From IMG/VR virus record IMGVR_UViG_3300033067_001238, positions 1-39,764 of that record: a DNA stretch of 39,764 bases, one strand, 5' to 3'. Source of the stretch: a virus. Taxonomy: Duplodnaviria; Caudoviricetes. Shown here piece after piece: positions 1-9,903 of the stretch (position 1 is its first letter; each line of letters starts with the position of its first letter). The position numbers and the translations under genes are program-made. The notes under the pieces were generated by a model, which saw only the letters and a list, made by a program, of their open reading frames with translations, did no database searches and was not told the DNA's origin.

Positions 1-732
1 CTGCTGCTCTGTCTTAGGAGCGTAATTTGTGGAGCCGTCAGTAGGAGGTGAGATAGGTAAGGGGCTAACTGGGCTCATGGAGCCTGTAGTAGTAGCGTTT
101 TTAGGTTGAGGATTAGCAGATTGAACACCGCCGTAGAACTCCTGTGGCTGGCCTGTGTAGAGAGGATTCTCAAAAGGTAGTTGTCTGGCTGTTCCTGCTC
201 CCGGAAGAGAGTCGGTAGGAAGCTTCACTCCATGCTTATCAGCGTAGTTCTGAATAAAAGCCTGAAGCATTTGGCGGTTCTGCCGATAGGTGGCTTCTCT
301 TCGATTTGAGGTATCAGCATTCTCGGCTTTTGTTTCTCGTCTCTGCGACTGGAGGGCCTTGTCTTCTTTGTGCTTATTGAACATCTGGGTTAGGCCGCCG
401 ATGATAGCGGTGCCCCCCGCCATTAAGCTCCCTAGATTATCTCCAGAGCCATCAGCGGAGACTCCTCCAGAATCAGGGATAGGGCTGCTACTAGAGGTCC
501 CCCCATAGGGTTGGGTGTAGCCCATACCGAAGTAGTTCCCCGCCTCTGCTGGGTTACTTGCTTTGTCCTTAAGTTGAGACTCAAAAGGTTTATCGGCTTT
601 ATTGAAATCAGAGATTCCCTGAGCGGCTAGCGCTGGGTTACCAGTAAAGTAGGACCCTACAATCTCGGCGGTTGGAATGGCGTACTGACCAATCTTTTGT
701 CCGAACTCACCTATCTTCCCGAGTAGCCCCAT
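1..732 (-). CDS. N-terminal part of DNA pilot/ejection protein (runs off window start, probably continues at 39764)
   Basis: Not in ORF track. ATG at 732 preceded by GGAGG; 244 open codons (MGLLGKIGEFGQKIGQYAIPTAEIVGSY...APKTEQQ) with no stop to position 1; in frame with the open frame at 39764-38595; follows the nozzle gene as ejection genes do in podoviruses. Confidence 0.8.
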   Translation of the reverse strand, partial: MGLLGKIGEFGQKIGQYAIPTAEIVGSYFTGNPALAAQGISDFNKADKPFESQLKDKASNPAEAGNYFGMGYTQPYGGTSSSSPIPDSGGVSADGSGDNLGSLMAGGTAIIGGLTQMFNKHKEDKALQSQRRETKAENADTSNRREATYRQNRQMLQAFIQNYADKHGVKLPTDSLPGAGTARQLPFENPLYTGQPQEFYGGVQSANPQPKNATTTGSMSPVSPLPISPPTDGSTNYAPKTEQQ

Positions 733-788
733 ATATCCCTCCAAGAACTAGGAATATGGTATAGATCTGACCCACTCAGGAAAGATGA

Positions 789-3700
789 CTACGGGACAAA
801 GGCGGGTCTTCCACTCCCTCCCATCCCCCATGTTGTTTGACGATTGGAAAGGGCCTTTACTCCAATCACGAAGTTTAGTCCTGAAAGTTCTAACGCATAC
901 GTATCTAGCCCGGTAGTCCCGTCTGATATCTCTAATCTAATAGCGCTACATTTCTGAACGGCAGGCTGAATCCTATAGATCGGCATTGGGCTAGTAGGAG
1001 GGAAAGGAGTAGCTGCTCCTGCGGTAGCATATATATCAGACTCCGCCCAAACAGGGCCAAAGACCGCCTGGGAGTGTGTCTCCACTAGTTCATACACATA
1101 GTCATAAAACACATCGACATATACCATTCCATCTCCGGTTAAGTTCCGGAGTAATAGCTGAACTTCATAAATCCTTTGAAACCCTTCGAATTGATCCATG
1201 GAGATCCATCCGGTGGTGACTCTAAGCCTAGGATAGCTCACTCCTATGTCTGCGGTTGAAGTGCTGACCTCACATCCCATCTTTCCTGTTGAGGTGACTC
1301 TTACCCACTTTCTAGACCCATCGGCGGCAGTCCAGTAGAACCCACGCTTATCGTCCCAAACGGTATTAATTATCCATTGCTGGCCATAAGTGTCATATAC
1401 GAACGTCCGAGCCCCATCAGAGATCCTTACCTCATGGATAGGATCTACATGCTGAGCGGAGTAGGTAACGGAGTCCTCGTTTACCCAGTACTGTAGCTCT
1501 GAGCCGATAAAGTCTATAACAAGAGCCTGATTGATACGTCTCCACCCATCCCGTGAGTGGAAGAGAACTTGGTCCGCCATCTCTACGATGCCAGAGCTTT
1601 CAACGCATCCGATTCCAGGAGCCACAAGCTCAATAGGGGTAAAAGAACCCACCGTACCAGTGGCGTCAGGCCCATCCCCCGATATGTAATAAATCTGGTC
1701 TTTAAAGAAGATAATCAGCTTATCTTGTAGCGCGGCAATCGCCGTGGGTGTTCCTTTCGAGGCTCCAATGTCGATGGTGAAAACAGGATTAAAGGCTGCT
1801 GGAACTCCATCAGTAACCTCTTTGGAATAGTTAAGACCGGAATCAGTTAGGCACCAGATTCGATTCTTCCAAGCAGTCAGGGCCTTAGTGGCTACTGGGC
1901 ACTGATTATCAATCACATTACCCGAGGTATATAGAATCTCCTGCTGTATAAGAACTGAATCGGCAATGGTAAGGGTCGTAGTGGTAGGTGTAGCTGTGCA
2001 AGCTAATTGGAGAGACTTCTCTCGGTAATAGATGGTTCCGTTACCTTCTGTCCTATAGATTGAGAGTGTCACAGTGTTATGACAGCTTAAGGACGGCGCG
2101 TATACTGTGAGCGAGATAGAATTTTGAGCACCTCCGAGAGTAACGGAAGCAGGGAGAGACGGTGCTGACTGGTGCCTATTGCCGTTAGAATCAACGTACT
2201 CAAAAAGAGTAATGACTGAATAGGTAGTGCTAGGAGTGAGACTCCCCGCTGCTCCTGCGGTTAGTCCTGACGGGGCCCATGGGCTATGAAGAAACTGAGC
2301 TTCGTAGAAATCACCTCCATCATAGACGGCTGGGAATCCCCCGTTGAGGTAAGTCAAATTGGCAATCTCTCTAGCTTGGTAAGCTCTCGGATCTGCGAGG
2401 TCAAATAAGAACCACTGCGGGGTGGAAGCGAAGGTAGTCGAATCTAGATATTGAGCAAACCTAGTTCCACCACAATAGAATTGAGTAGAGACCGCTCCTA
2501 CAGTGAGTTGCGGCATCATTGCCTGTAGCCCAACGTAAAAGCTGTTTTGCAATCCGGCTTCGCCGAAGAGGAGTTTAGCCATCGGCCTAAGCTGACCCAC
2601 GTTTCCAGAAGTATCTAGAGGGTGCATGACTAAGAAGAACGTTCTTTCACTGCCATTTGGATGAACTATGAGCTGATACACGTACCCATTTATCTTGATG
2701 AGCTTCGAAGCCAAGCTTAAGCGACAAGGCCGAGCAGTCTTATAGGTTAGTGGAGTTGCTCCTGCGGCATTCCAATAGAAGTGTTGAAAGTTCCCAACGT
2801 GTTCTACTGCCGAATCAGTGAACTCTCCAACAATCAAACCACGGTTATTGACTGTATCGTATAAGAAGCTGGACCCAGAGATAGCCACACACTCATAAGC
2901 GTAGATTGTAGCTACTGATACGTTAGCCAGTGCCATGGTTAGGATTCTTAGGCGAGTCCCAACTCCGGCCTTGGCGTAAACTACATTTATATGCTGGTGG
3001 ACCGATTCCCCGCCAAAGATAGCGAACCCTAAGTAGGGCGTGTCCGTAGCATCAGTAAACACTGCCGTAGTACCGGCGAATCCTCCTCCGGCTGGGATAG
3101 CCCCGAGCGCGTAACTAGCAACAGTGAGCCCCGGCGTGGTGTTTAAGTGCGCTATGTAAAGAAGGCTATTAAAAGAGGAAACCATACAATCCCAAGTGTT
3201 ATTGGGACCTACGTTCACGGCAAACGTGATGATATTTGCAGCTGGGACTGTGGCTAGATTGGTAGTATCGAAGAGAAACCCTTTAATGTTGGTCCCTATC
3301 TGGCCCATTACGATGGCAGCGGTGCCCATCTGAACTATCTTAGGAGCGCCAACAGCTATTGTCTGAGAAAGAACGACTTCGTTGGTCTTTGCGTCGATAA
3401 AATCTACGTAGCTAGTACCTACCGTATTAGTTTGAGTGGCTGAGACGATATACCCATTTACATAAGCGACATCGATGCTTCCAACCCCTTGCTTTAGGTA
3501 TGGAGAAGTAGCCGTTTTAGAGCCTTGTATGCCTACCTGGTGACTTTCAGCGGAGCAGTGAGCCGCCCTAGCAGTATATGCCCACTTATTTGAGGTTAGA
3601 GCCCTGTTGTAAATTAGATCTTGTGAGTTTTGCCACTGAGGATCGGCTGTGGCGACTCCTGGGACTACGGCTAAAAGGGAGCTTTTATGCGTAAACCCTG

Positions 3701-3920
3701 ACCTAGCGGCAGGCAAAGCACCCGAATACGGTTGAAACTCAGTAGTGGCAATAGTGGTGCTAAACTCGACAGAGCCATTCTTCTTGGATATCTTCCCGCG
3801 CTGCTTAAATTGAGCATTCTCAAGAGCATGAAGCGTCCCGATAGGAACTAAATCGGGATTGGTCCGAGTATCAAGCCCTTTCTCGAATACAAGCTGCTTT
3901 ATTTGTTTTTGAAGCGCCAT
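789..3920 (-). CDS. Tail nozzle / tail tubular protein B-like (beta-propeller) with Ig/FN3-like insert
   Basis: 1043 aa, beta-rich; N-terminal GLDT..P....LEN..F...G.I.K pattern typical of podoviral nozzles; lies between adaptor and ejection genes. Confidence 0.7.
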   Translation of the reverse strand: MALQKQIKQLVFEKGLDTRTNPDLVPIGTLHALENAQFKQRGKISKKNGSVEFSTTIATTEFQPYSGALPAARSGFTHKSSLLAVVPGVATADPQWQNSQDLIYNRALTSNKWAYTARAAHCSAESHQVGIQGSKTATSPYLKQGVGSIDVAYVNGYIVSATQTNTVGTSYVDFIDAKTNEVVLSQTIAVGAPKIVQMGTAAIVMGQIGTNIKGFLFDTTNLATVPAANIITFAVNVGPNNTWDCMVSSFNSLLYIAHLNTTPGLTVASYALGAIPAGGGFAGTTAVFTDATDTPYLGFAIFGGESVHQHINVVYAKAGVGTRLRILTMALANVSVATIYAYECVAISGSSFLYDTVNNRGLIVGEFTDSAVEHVGNFQHFYWNAAGATPLTYKTARPCRLSLASKLIKINGYVYQLIVHPNGSERTFFLVMHPLDTSGNVGQLRPMAKLLFGEAGLQNSFYVGLQAMMPQLTVGAVSTQFYCGGTRFAQYLDSTTFASTPQWFLFDLADPRAYQAREIANLTYLNGGFPAVYDGGDFYEAQFLHSPWAPSGLTAGAAGSLTPSTTYSVITLFEYVDSNGNRHQSAPSLPASVTLGGAQNSISLTVYAPSLSCHNTVTLSIYRTEGNGTIYYREKSLQLACTATPTTTTLTIADSVLIQQEILYTSGNVIDNQCPVATKALTAWKNRIWCLTDSGLNYSKEVTDGVPAAFNPVFTIDIGASKGTPTAIAALQDKLIIFFKDQIYYISGDGPDATGTVGSFTPIELVAPGIGCVESSGIVEMADQVLFHSRDGWRRINQALVIDFIGSELQYWVNEDSVTYSAQHVDPIHEVRISDGARTFVYDTYGQQWIINTVWDDKRGFYWTAADGSRKWVRVTSTGKMGCEVSTSTADIGVSYPRLRVTTGWISMDQFEGFQRIYEVQLLLRNLTGDGMVYVDVFYDYVYELVETHSQAVFGPVWAESDIYATAGAATPFPPTSPMPIYRIQPAVQKCSAIRLEISDGTTGLDTYALELSGLNFVIGVKALSNRQTTWGMGGSGRPAFVP

Positions 3921-3921
3921 G

Positions 3922-4260
3922 CTAGAATACCCATAGACTCACAGTGCAGTTCTGATCCGCCCACATACTTAAATACAGCGAGCGTAAACCTACGGCTATA
4001 TCGATATCCCAGATATATATAGGTGTGGCAGGAGGTGCAGTCTTAGGCCTTGTTTTTACAACGAACCACCCTTTTACTGGCCTTCCAAGAGTGTGAGAGA
4101 CTAAGGTAGCTGCTCCAGTAGTAAGAACTATGCCTTCTATTAGGCGACCATCTAGGATTAGAGAGCTTCCAATCTCGTCAACCTTATGAGCTAGGTTATC
4201 CTGAATCTTAGATAGTACTGGATCATCAGTAGCAACGGTCTTGACTGAGCTATAGGTCAT
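3922..4260 (-). CDS. Small virion structural protein (hypothetical)
   Basis: 112 aa, tightly packed between adaptor and nozzle; HTLGRP.KGW motif. Confidence 0.6.
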   Translation of the reverse strand: MTYSSVKTVATDDPVLSKIQDNLAHKVDEIGSSLILDGRLIEGIVLTTGAATLVSHTLGRPVKGWFVVKTRPKTAPPATPIYIWDIDIAVGLRSLYLSMWADQNCTVSLWVF

Positions 4261-4942
4261 CGGAAGCCATACCCCACCAGTTACTTCTGGAGCTTCTAAC
4301 TCTCGTTACTCTCTCCGGTAGGTTCTGGTCCCTGCTAGCCCTCATCTTGGTGATTCTTTCTAGCTGGTAAGCTTTTTCGGCCTTTACTGCGGTTATGTCC
4401 GACTCCTCTTTAGTGAGACACTGCATAGCAGCATCGGCAATAATGTACTTATCGAAGCCGTTTATTACATCTATGGTGTCCGCGCCTAACACTGGAATCG
4501 TGGGGGTAGGGACATACATCAACTGATAAGGTCTAGCCGCCTTGTCGCTTGGAAGGATTACTAGATTCCCGCCTTCAATCCGGTAGAATACATCAGAATA
4601 TAGAAACCTTCCGGCCAATCTATCTCTAGCACTATAGTCGTTCCTCTCTCCAAGGAGGAACTTTCTTACTGTGACGGGATTATTGGGATCGGAGAGGTCA
4701 TCTAACCCTCTTAGCTTATAGAATGAGCCTGGAAGGCTGTAGGTATTGCCAGAGGAGATAGTGAACGAAGTTGTGGTAAAGGAGTAGTCCTCTACCGCTT
4801 CTACTAACAGGTCATAAAGCTCTCGCCATGCGTCTTGAATGTAGCCCGTTATCTCACTATCAGTGCAGAACTGAGTGGATTCCATGTCCGCCCGTTGCCT
4901 AACTTTAGCGATTAGCGTGGTTAAGTCGCGTAGATCTGACAT
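4250..4942 (-). CDS. Head-tail adaptor / tail tubular protein A-like
   Basis: 230 aa; N-terminal L..L...VRQRAD......D.EI..YI..A..EL helix pattern followed by Y.LP..F; adaptor position downstream of capsid. Confidence 0.7.
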   Translation of the reverse strand: MSDLRDLTTLIAKVRQRADMESTQFCTDSEITGYIQDAWRELYDLLVEAVEDYSFTTTSFTISSGNTYSLPGSFYKLRGLDDLSDPNNPVTVRKFLLGERNDYSARDRLAGRFLYSDVFYRIEGGNLVILPSDKAARPYQLMYVPTPTIPVLGADTIDVINGFDKYIIADAAMQCLTKEESDITAVKAEKAYQLERITKMRASRDQNLPERVTRVRSSRSNWWGMASDDL

Positions 4943-4951
4943 GGGGGCCTA

Positions 4952-5164
4952 TTAACACATATCTACAAAAGCTTTAAGAGCCTCGGATAGGGCCGAAGCA
5001 TCCTTACTATTGATTGAATCTAGAATCTCTTGCGCTGCTGTATCTAAATCCGACATCTCAGACTCTTCGGGCATCTCTCCCTCTCCAGATTCTTCTGAAG
5101 AAGGAGCGCCCTTTGGCTTTAAGCCTCCGATAATCAAAGCAGCTAGCTTACTTTTATCGGCCAT
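4952..5164 (-). CDS. Small acidic hypothetical protein in the structural operon
   Basis: 70 aa, ATG start, abuts its neighbours. Confidence 0.65.
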   Translation of the reverse strand: MADKSKLAALIIGGLKPKGAPSSEESGEGEMPEESEMSDLDTAAQEILDSINSKDASALSEALKAFVDMC

Positions 5165-5165
5165 T

Positions 5166-5552
5166 CTACCTCGTCAATGAAGTGTTTCTGAACTCAAACC
5201 GGAAATGAATTTCTGCGATAGCAGCTACATCGGCGGCTACTGCAGCATTAGTCGTGATCTGGAATTGAGCTGTCCCAGCTTTCTGAGTTTGAACAGTCGT
5301 GTAGTTAAGCAACGGCTTACCAATTAGGGTAGTCACTGCTGTTTCTACTAGCCAAGCTTGCCAGTTTTGGACCTCTGGAAACTGATCGTCTAGCGTCCAA
5401 GTGTACAACCCAGCGGAAGTCCTAACTACAGAGTAGCCGGTACCCGTAGGAGTTCCAGTAATAGCACCACCAGAAGCTAGAACAATCTTCCCAGTAAGGG
5501 ATGTAAGATATCTTTGATAACAGAAAGGCCGGTGAAGCGAACGATTGCCCAT
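5166..5552 (-). CDS. Putative capsid decoration / minor virion protein
   Basis: 128 aa, Thr/Gly/Ala-rich beta protein directly after the major capsid gene; GAGGGA SD. Confidence 0.55.
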   Translation of the reverse strand: MGNRSLHRPFCYQRYLTSLTGKIVLASGGAITGTPTGTGYSVVRTSAGLYTWTLDDQFPEVQNWQAWLVETAVTTLIGKPLLNYTTVQTQKAGTAQFQITTNAAVAADVAAIAEIHFRFEFRNTSLTR

Positions 5553-5573
5553 GATTCCCTCTTAGATTTATAT

Positions 5574-5593
5574 GGGGGGCCCGAAAGCCCCCC
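5574..5593 (-). terminator. GC hairpin after the capsid gene (attenuator or stability hairpin)
   Basis: Minus strand GGGGGGC-TTTCGG-GCCCCCC; no U-tract follows, so partial read-through is likely. Confidence 0.6.
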
Positions 5594-5600
5594 TTCTACA

Positions 5601-6845
5601 TTACAGCTTCACGCAACAGTTATATCCTGGGGCGTTACACATCAGGTTGGAGTAGTAAACTGCTCGAACCTCGACACCGTCGGCTGTCTGCTGCCGCAAC
5701 ATGGTTAGACCGTCCGTGTCGAAGATACGAATCGCCTTACCAAGCGACTTGTAAACCCAAGTATCAAGCTGGAGCATGTATCCACGGTTAAAAGGACAGT
5801 TCTGGTCAGGGATAACCTTAATCTCACCGGCAGGACCGTTTACTCTAAGGGCTCTAAATCCAATATCACCAACTTTTAAGTCCGTGTACTGAACCTTGCT
5901 GCCTAACGCTTTTTCAATGTCCGTGTACTTATCGAAGCCGACAAAGAAGTGATCCGGGCTACCACCTTCACGAGCGCATAAGGCCGCTGCATTGATTAAC
6001 GCTTCCTCAATTGGGACTAGCGATCCGTCATACCGCTGACCACCTAACCGAGTAGGGTCTACACTTCGATCCACTCCGAAGAACGTGGTGGAGGTTGGGG
6101 AAGTGAACGGTATCCACGCTTCTAATCCGGCAATCGAGAGTAGGGAAGGAGTCGCACTATTATGACGGTCACCACGGATAAAGATTGAATCTGCATTAGC
6201 GATAGTAGGGATACCGTTGGTCGCGTCATTAACGTTAAATCCGAACGTTAAAACACCAGTAGCTCTATTAACGCCTGTTACGATAAGCCCGTTAGACGAA
6301 GACCCGTATGCTCTAAGAGTTCCCGATCCCTCATTAGCGGCTAAGTCTAACTCTTGCCCAATCTCGAAGTTCACGATATCGGCGGTAACTGCTAGAGTAA
6401 TCGTAGTAGTTGAGAAGCTACCAATGGTTCCAATCGCGCCATAGCCTGACCGGTACATTTTCTGCGCTGCCGACCGAGTTAGGCTCTGAATGATACCGTT
6501 AATTTCTACCGTAGCAGCTTCAAGAAACGCGCCCTTATCCGATTTTGAGGCTTCTATTGTCTCATTATCGATAGTGCAGATGGCGTAGTCCTTAATGCGA
6601 GTTACAAGAAATTCCTTAATCCTGGAGTTCTCTAAGAGTGATCGAGCTTGAGCCCGAGCAAAAGTAGAAGAACGAGACTGAGGATTGCCGTAGATAATCG
6701 GCTGGGGGTTATTACGTCCGAAAAAGTCTTCTTGTTTAGGGACAAGTGCGAACAAAGGGTTGTTCTTATATACCATGTTTTGAACGGTTGGTCCGTCATA
6801 GTATTCCTTTAGCGCACCATCGAATGATGTTAAATCTAAGCCCAT
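5601..6845 (-). CDS. Major capsid protein (HK97 fold expected)
   Basis: 414 aa after scaffold; N-terminal ALKEYY....QN.VY..NPL pattern; followed by a strong hairpin. Confidence 0.85.
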   Translation of the reverse strand: MGLDLTSFDGALKEYYDGPTVQNMVYKNNPLFALVPKQEDFFGRNNPQPIIYGNPQSRSSTFARAQARSLLENSRIKEFLVTRIKDYAICTIDNETIEASKSDKGAFLEAATVEINGIIQSLTRSAAQKMYRSGYGAIGTIGSFSTTTITLAVTADIVNFEIGQELDLAANEGSGTLRAYGSSSNGLIVTGVNRATGVLTFGFNVNDATNGIPTIANADSIFIRGDRHNSATPSLLSIAGLEAWIPFTSPTSTTFFGVDRSVDPTRLGGQRYDGSLVPIEEALINAAALCAREGGSPDHFFVGFDKYTDIEKALGSKVQYTDLKVGDIGFRALRVNGPAGEIKVIPDQNCPFNRGYMLQLDTWVYKSLGKAIRIFDTDGLTMLRQQTADGVEVRAVYYSNLMCNAPGYNCCVKL

Positions 6846-6859
6846 TTGAGATCCTTAAG

Positions 6860-7768
6860 TTAAGTAAATCGTAAGTGTTTAATTGCGTTTTGTTTGCGGA
6901 TCTCGTGTGCTTCACGAGTTAGCTGAGAGGCTTTACGCCCATCAGGAACCGCTACGACTTGTCCGATTTGGTTGCTTAAGGTCTTGCCGAATGAGGTTTT
7001 TTGCGGAGCTTTAGGAGTTGGAGCTATTAAAGTCTGAAGCTTGCGCGATGCCGCTAGTGGCTTCATTTGTTCCGTCAGGTAGTCTTCAACTATTTTACAA
7101 GCTTCGGTGAAGTGCATTACTTCGCCAGTCTTATCCCAGCTCCACTTCATCATGTCGTACACAGCATCCTGCTTGCCGGTTGCCAGAATTAGATCAAAGT
7201 CTTCGGCGTGGGCTTGTAGATGCTGATTGATTGTCTGCTTGATACCTTGGACCGCTGAGTCCAATTGAGCGGCTTCCGCTTGCTCTTGTGCTAGTCGAGC
7301 CTGTTCTTCTCTGTCTGCTAGATTCTTCTTAATCTGCTCAAGCTCTGACTTAACGGCGTCAATCTCTGAAGGCGTGGAATCTCCCGACTCTTCTTCATTC
7401 AGGAGAGCTTCAGCTAAATCGTTGAAAGTGAGCCCAAGAGCATTAAGAGCTTTAGTAGGGTTCTTTTTAAGGAGTTCTAAGGATTCTTCTTTCTTCTGAG
7501 CTTCTGAAGCACGGGCTTCCGCTTCCGCTAGACGCCTCTCTACTTCTTGCTCTTTGGCTAGGAGTTGAGCTTCCCGCTCTTTGAGTTTAGCTAGCTTTGG
7601 TGCGAGCTTTTCAGGCTTAGGTGCCTCTTCGACGGGAGTTTCAGGGACCTCTTGAGTAGTCTCTTCCTCAATAACGGGGTCCGCGCTCATAGCTGAATTA
7701 GGGTACTCCTGTACCGACTCAACTGAACTTGAGGCTTCCGAACTTTCTACAGTGCTATTGTCAGACAT
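6860..7768 (-). CDS. Capsid scaffolding protein
   Basis: 302 aa, acidic disordered N-terminus plus coiled coil, between portal and capsid. Confidence 0.75.
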   Translation of the reverse strand: MSDNSTVESSEASSSVESVQEYPNSAMSADPVIEEETTQEVPETPVEEAPKPEKLAPKLAKLKEREAQLLAKEQEVERRLAEAEARASEAQKKEESLELLKKNPTKALNALGLTFNDLAEALLNEEESGDSTPSEIDAVKSELEQIKKNLADREEQARLAQEQAEAAQLDSAVQGIKQTINQHLQAHAEDFDLILATGKQDAVYDMMKWSWDKTGEVMHFTEACKIVEDYLTEQMKPLAASRKLQTLIAPTPKAPQKTSFGKTLSNQIGQVVAVPDGRKASQLTREAHEIRKQNAIKHLRFT

Positions 7769-7784
7769 TCCCGATTTTCCACCA

Positions 7785-9641
7785 TTACGCTCCTGCGTTT
7801 GGTGGGTTCACGGGCATCAAGTCAGATTGCGGCTTAGGTTCTGGAACCGCCGTAGCTTGAGGCTGTGGAGTGGGGGCCGGTGGATTCATCTGCTCTAGAA
7901 GAGCCTGACAGTCATCAATGAAACGCTGTAGGTATTCCAGAGAAATGTCACTAGTCCCGTCTGTCTTTGCTCTAAGGTATGCCCCCTGCGCCATTCCCAT
8001 GGACAGGTGGAGGTTCATATATACTTCTGGGGCCGTATACTCTTCATCCTCGATTATTCGATCAAGAATTTGGAGTGTATCGTCAATGGCCGATGTCTTG
8101 AGATTAAAGAATCCTTCTAGGTCAGGGAAGTCGAGTAACGATAAAGCCCAATCTGGATCTATAAAGCCCGACTGAATTAATTCCTGAACGAATTGAAGTT
8201 TCCCTTCTGGAGTCTTGGGCAGGAAGTTAGTTGGAAAGACCTGCATGATGTACTTATCATCATCAAGATCTACCTCTTTCCACTTGATAGTGGTCATGAA
8301 CTTCTTTTCTTTAACCCTTACCGAGAGCTTTGGATCTTTCTCTGCTATCTCTCTTTGAATGGCGATGGTTAATTTGGCTACGTCTAGGTAGAACTTTTGA
8401 TAAGCACTCGCCACTACTGCGAATCTTTCCGTTTCAATGTCTTGATATTCGCGGATAGCAACGCCTGAATCTAATCCGGCTGGCTTCTTGGAACTGGCTG
8501 AGAGTTGGCTTATGCCTGATATCTCGAAAGCTTTCTTGTAGAGGTACTCAAGGTGATTGTAAGTCTCCTGGTTCATGCCCTGCCAGGTTACGGCGGTGGG
8601 CTGAGTCCCTCTATACTTTATGATTCCACCGATCTCGTCATTAATATGAGAGCTATTAACGTTAGACCCTTCCTCTAAAAAGATTCTAGGGACGGCCATA
8701 AGTTCTAGTGCTTCCTTAATCCTAAGAAGCATCATATTTATTTCAAGCTGTATGCCAATGAGTTCAGCGGCTAGACCTTCGCCGAAGAAGCCTAAGATTG
8801 GCTTATTCCATCGGAAGAAGATGAAAGGGAAGCTTTCATGATTCCACTCTTCATCTAGAAGCGTTTCGTTCTGAATACAGATAGTATGACGGCCATCTGT
8901 AGCGTCTTTCCCGCTTGGGAGGTGCCAAGATTCGACCACCTCTATCATATCCACTAGGCCATTCTTCTCTGGTCTAGAGACTGCTTCTGCTGAATCTATA
9001 GCCTGCCTAATGCGAGAAGCCCCTTCCTCGTCGGGGAACATCTCTTTTAGAATCTCTCGGTGAATGGGCTTAGTTTGGTGAAGCTGCCTAGGATTCCCGA
9101 GCCTCCCATCTATATCGTCGACTACTATCTCATCTATAAAGGTCCGTTCGTATGAGATTTGATTATCCTTTTCCAGGCACTTTAGGGCCCCCGTGCCGAA
9201 TATACAGGCATCCCGAAAGACCTCTTGGCCGATAGAGTAGATATCACTTTGATAGTAGGTGCCGTCTAGGTATTGGGTAAGCTTCTTGGCTTTATTCTGC
9301 TGCTTTCTAGACCCTTTCTCGGTAAGGAACATCGGTCTGGTTTTAGTGGTGGAGATCTTCGCACAAGCCGTATCAATACAGGCTTTAATGACATTGAAAG
9401 AGATTTTCTTACCGAAGAGGGAAGCGGACACGCTAGAAATGAAGCGGTCGAAGTCCCGATTGGCATACAGTTTAGCAAACCTTAGATAGTCGGCTCGCCT
9501 AGAGTTTTGCTCTTGTCGGACTTTCCGAACGATAGGGAATACATGGGCATGAACCTCCCCTTTGGGTTCTCTCCACCAAAAGGCGTTAGGGTTGTTCTTC
9601 TCCCCAGATGTGCCGTAGTAAACTACCGGTATCTCACTCAT
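7785..9641 (-). CDS. Portal protein
   Basis: 618 aa, helical, P/Q-rich C-tail; FN.I..C.DT, G.G..K, PF......FFG.G and SG.A patterns of podoviral portals; downstream of terminase. Confidence 0.85.
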   Translation of the reverse strand: MSEIPVVYYGTSGEKNNPNAFWWREPKGEVHAHVFPIVRKVRQEQNSRRADYLRFAKLYANRDFDRFISSVSASLFGKKISFNVIKACIDTACAKISTTKTRPMFLTEKGSRKQQNKAKKLTQYLDGTYYQSDIYSIGQEVFRDACIFGTGALKCLEKDNQISYERTFIDEIVVDDIDGRLGNPRQLHQTKPIHREILKEMFPDEEGASRIRQAIDSAEAVSRPEKNGLVDMIEVVESWHLPSGKDATDGRHTICIQNETLLDEEWNHESFPFIFFRWNKPILGFFGEGLAAELIGIQLEINMMLLRIKEALELMAVPRIFLEEGSNVNSSHINDEIGGIIKYRGTQPTAVTWQGMNQETYNHLEYLYKKAFEISGISQLSASSKKPAGLDSGVAIREYQDIETERFAVVASAYQKFYLDVAKLTIAIQREIAEKDPKLSVRVKEKKFMTTIKWKEVDLDDDKYIMQVFPTNFLPKTPEGKLQFVQELIQSGFIDPDWALSLLDFPDLEGFFNLKTSAIDDTLQILDRIIEDEEYTAPEVYMNLHLSMGMAQGAYLRAKTDGTSDISLEYLQRFIDDCQALLEQMNPPAPTPQPQATAVPEPKPQSDLMPVNPPNAGA

Positions 9642-9903
9642 ACTCGGAGACTATCGATCCTCCTGGCCCAAACAATGCTTCATCCTCTTTTTCCCTGTCG
9701 GTAAGAGGTCTACCAATCTTGGCTTCAGTCTTCTTGTAGAGAGTGTCTTGAGAGAAAGCAGGGGAGAAAGGTCTAGGGACTGGAACGATCTTAACGTCTC
9801 CTACTTCTAGGAGTGAAAGGTTATTGTCCACGGCTATCTTGACCAGGGCCTCTAGCTTTTTGAGTGGGAACTGTCTTTCCGCTTTCGTTCTAGTGCATAC
9901 CAT
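9634..9903 (-). CDS. Hypothetical protein
   Basis: 89 aa, overlaps the terL end and portal start. Confidence 0.55.
   Translation of the reverse strand: MVCTRTKAERQFPLKKLEALVKIAVDNNLSLLEVGDVKIVPVPRPFSPAFSQDTLYKKTEAKIGRPLTDREKEDEALFGPGGSIVSEYE

Noticed and set aside
290-508. Track ORF on the plus strand (72 aa)
   Set aside because: Antisense shadow of the 732-to-1 pilot gene frame
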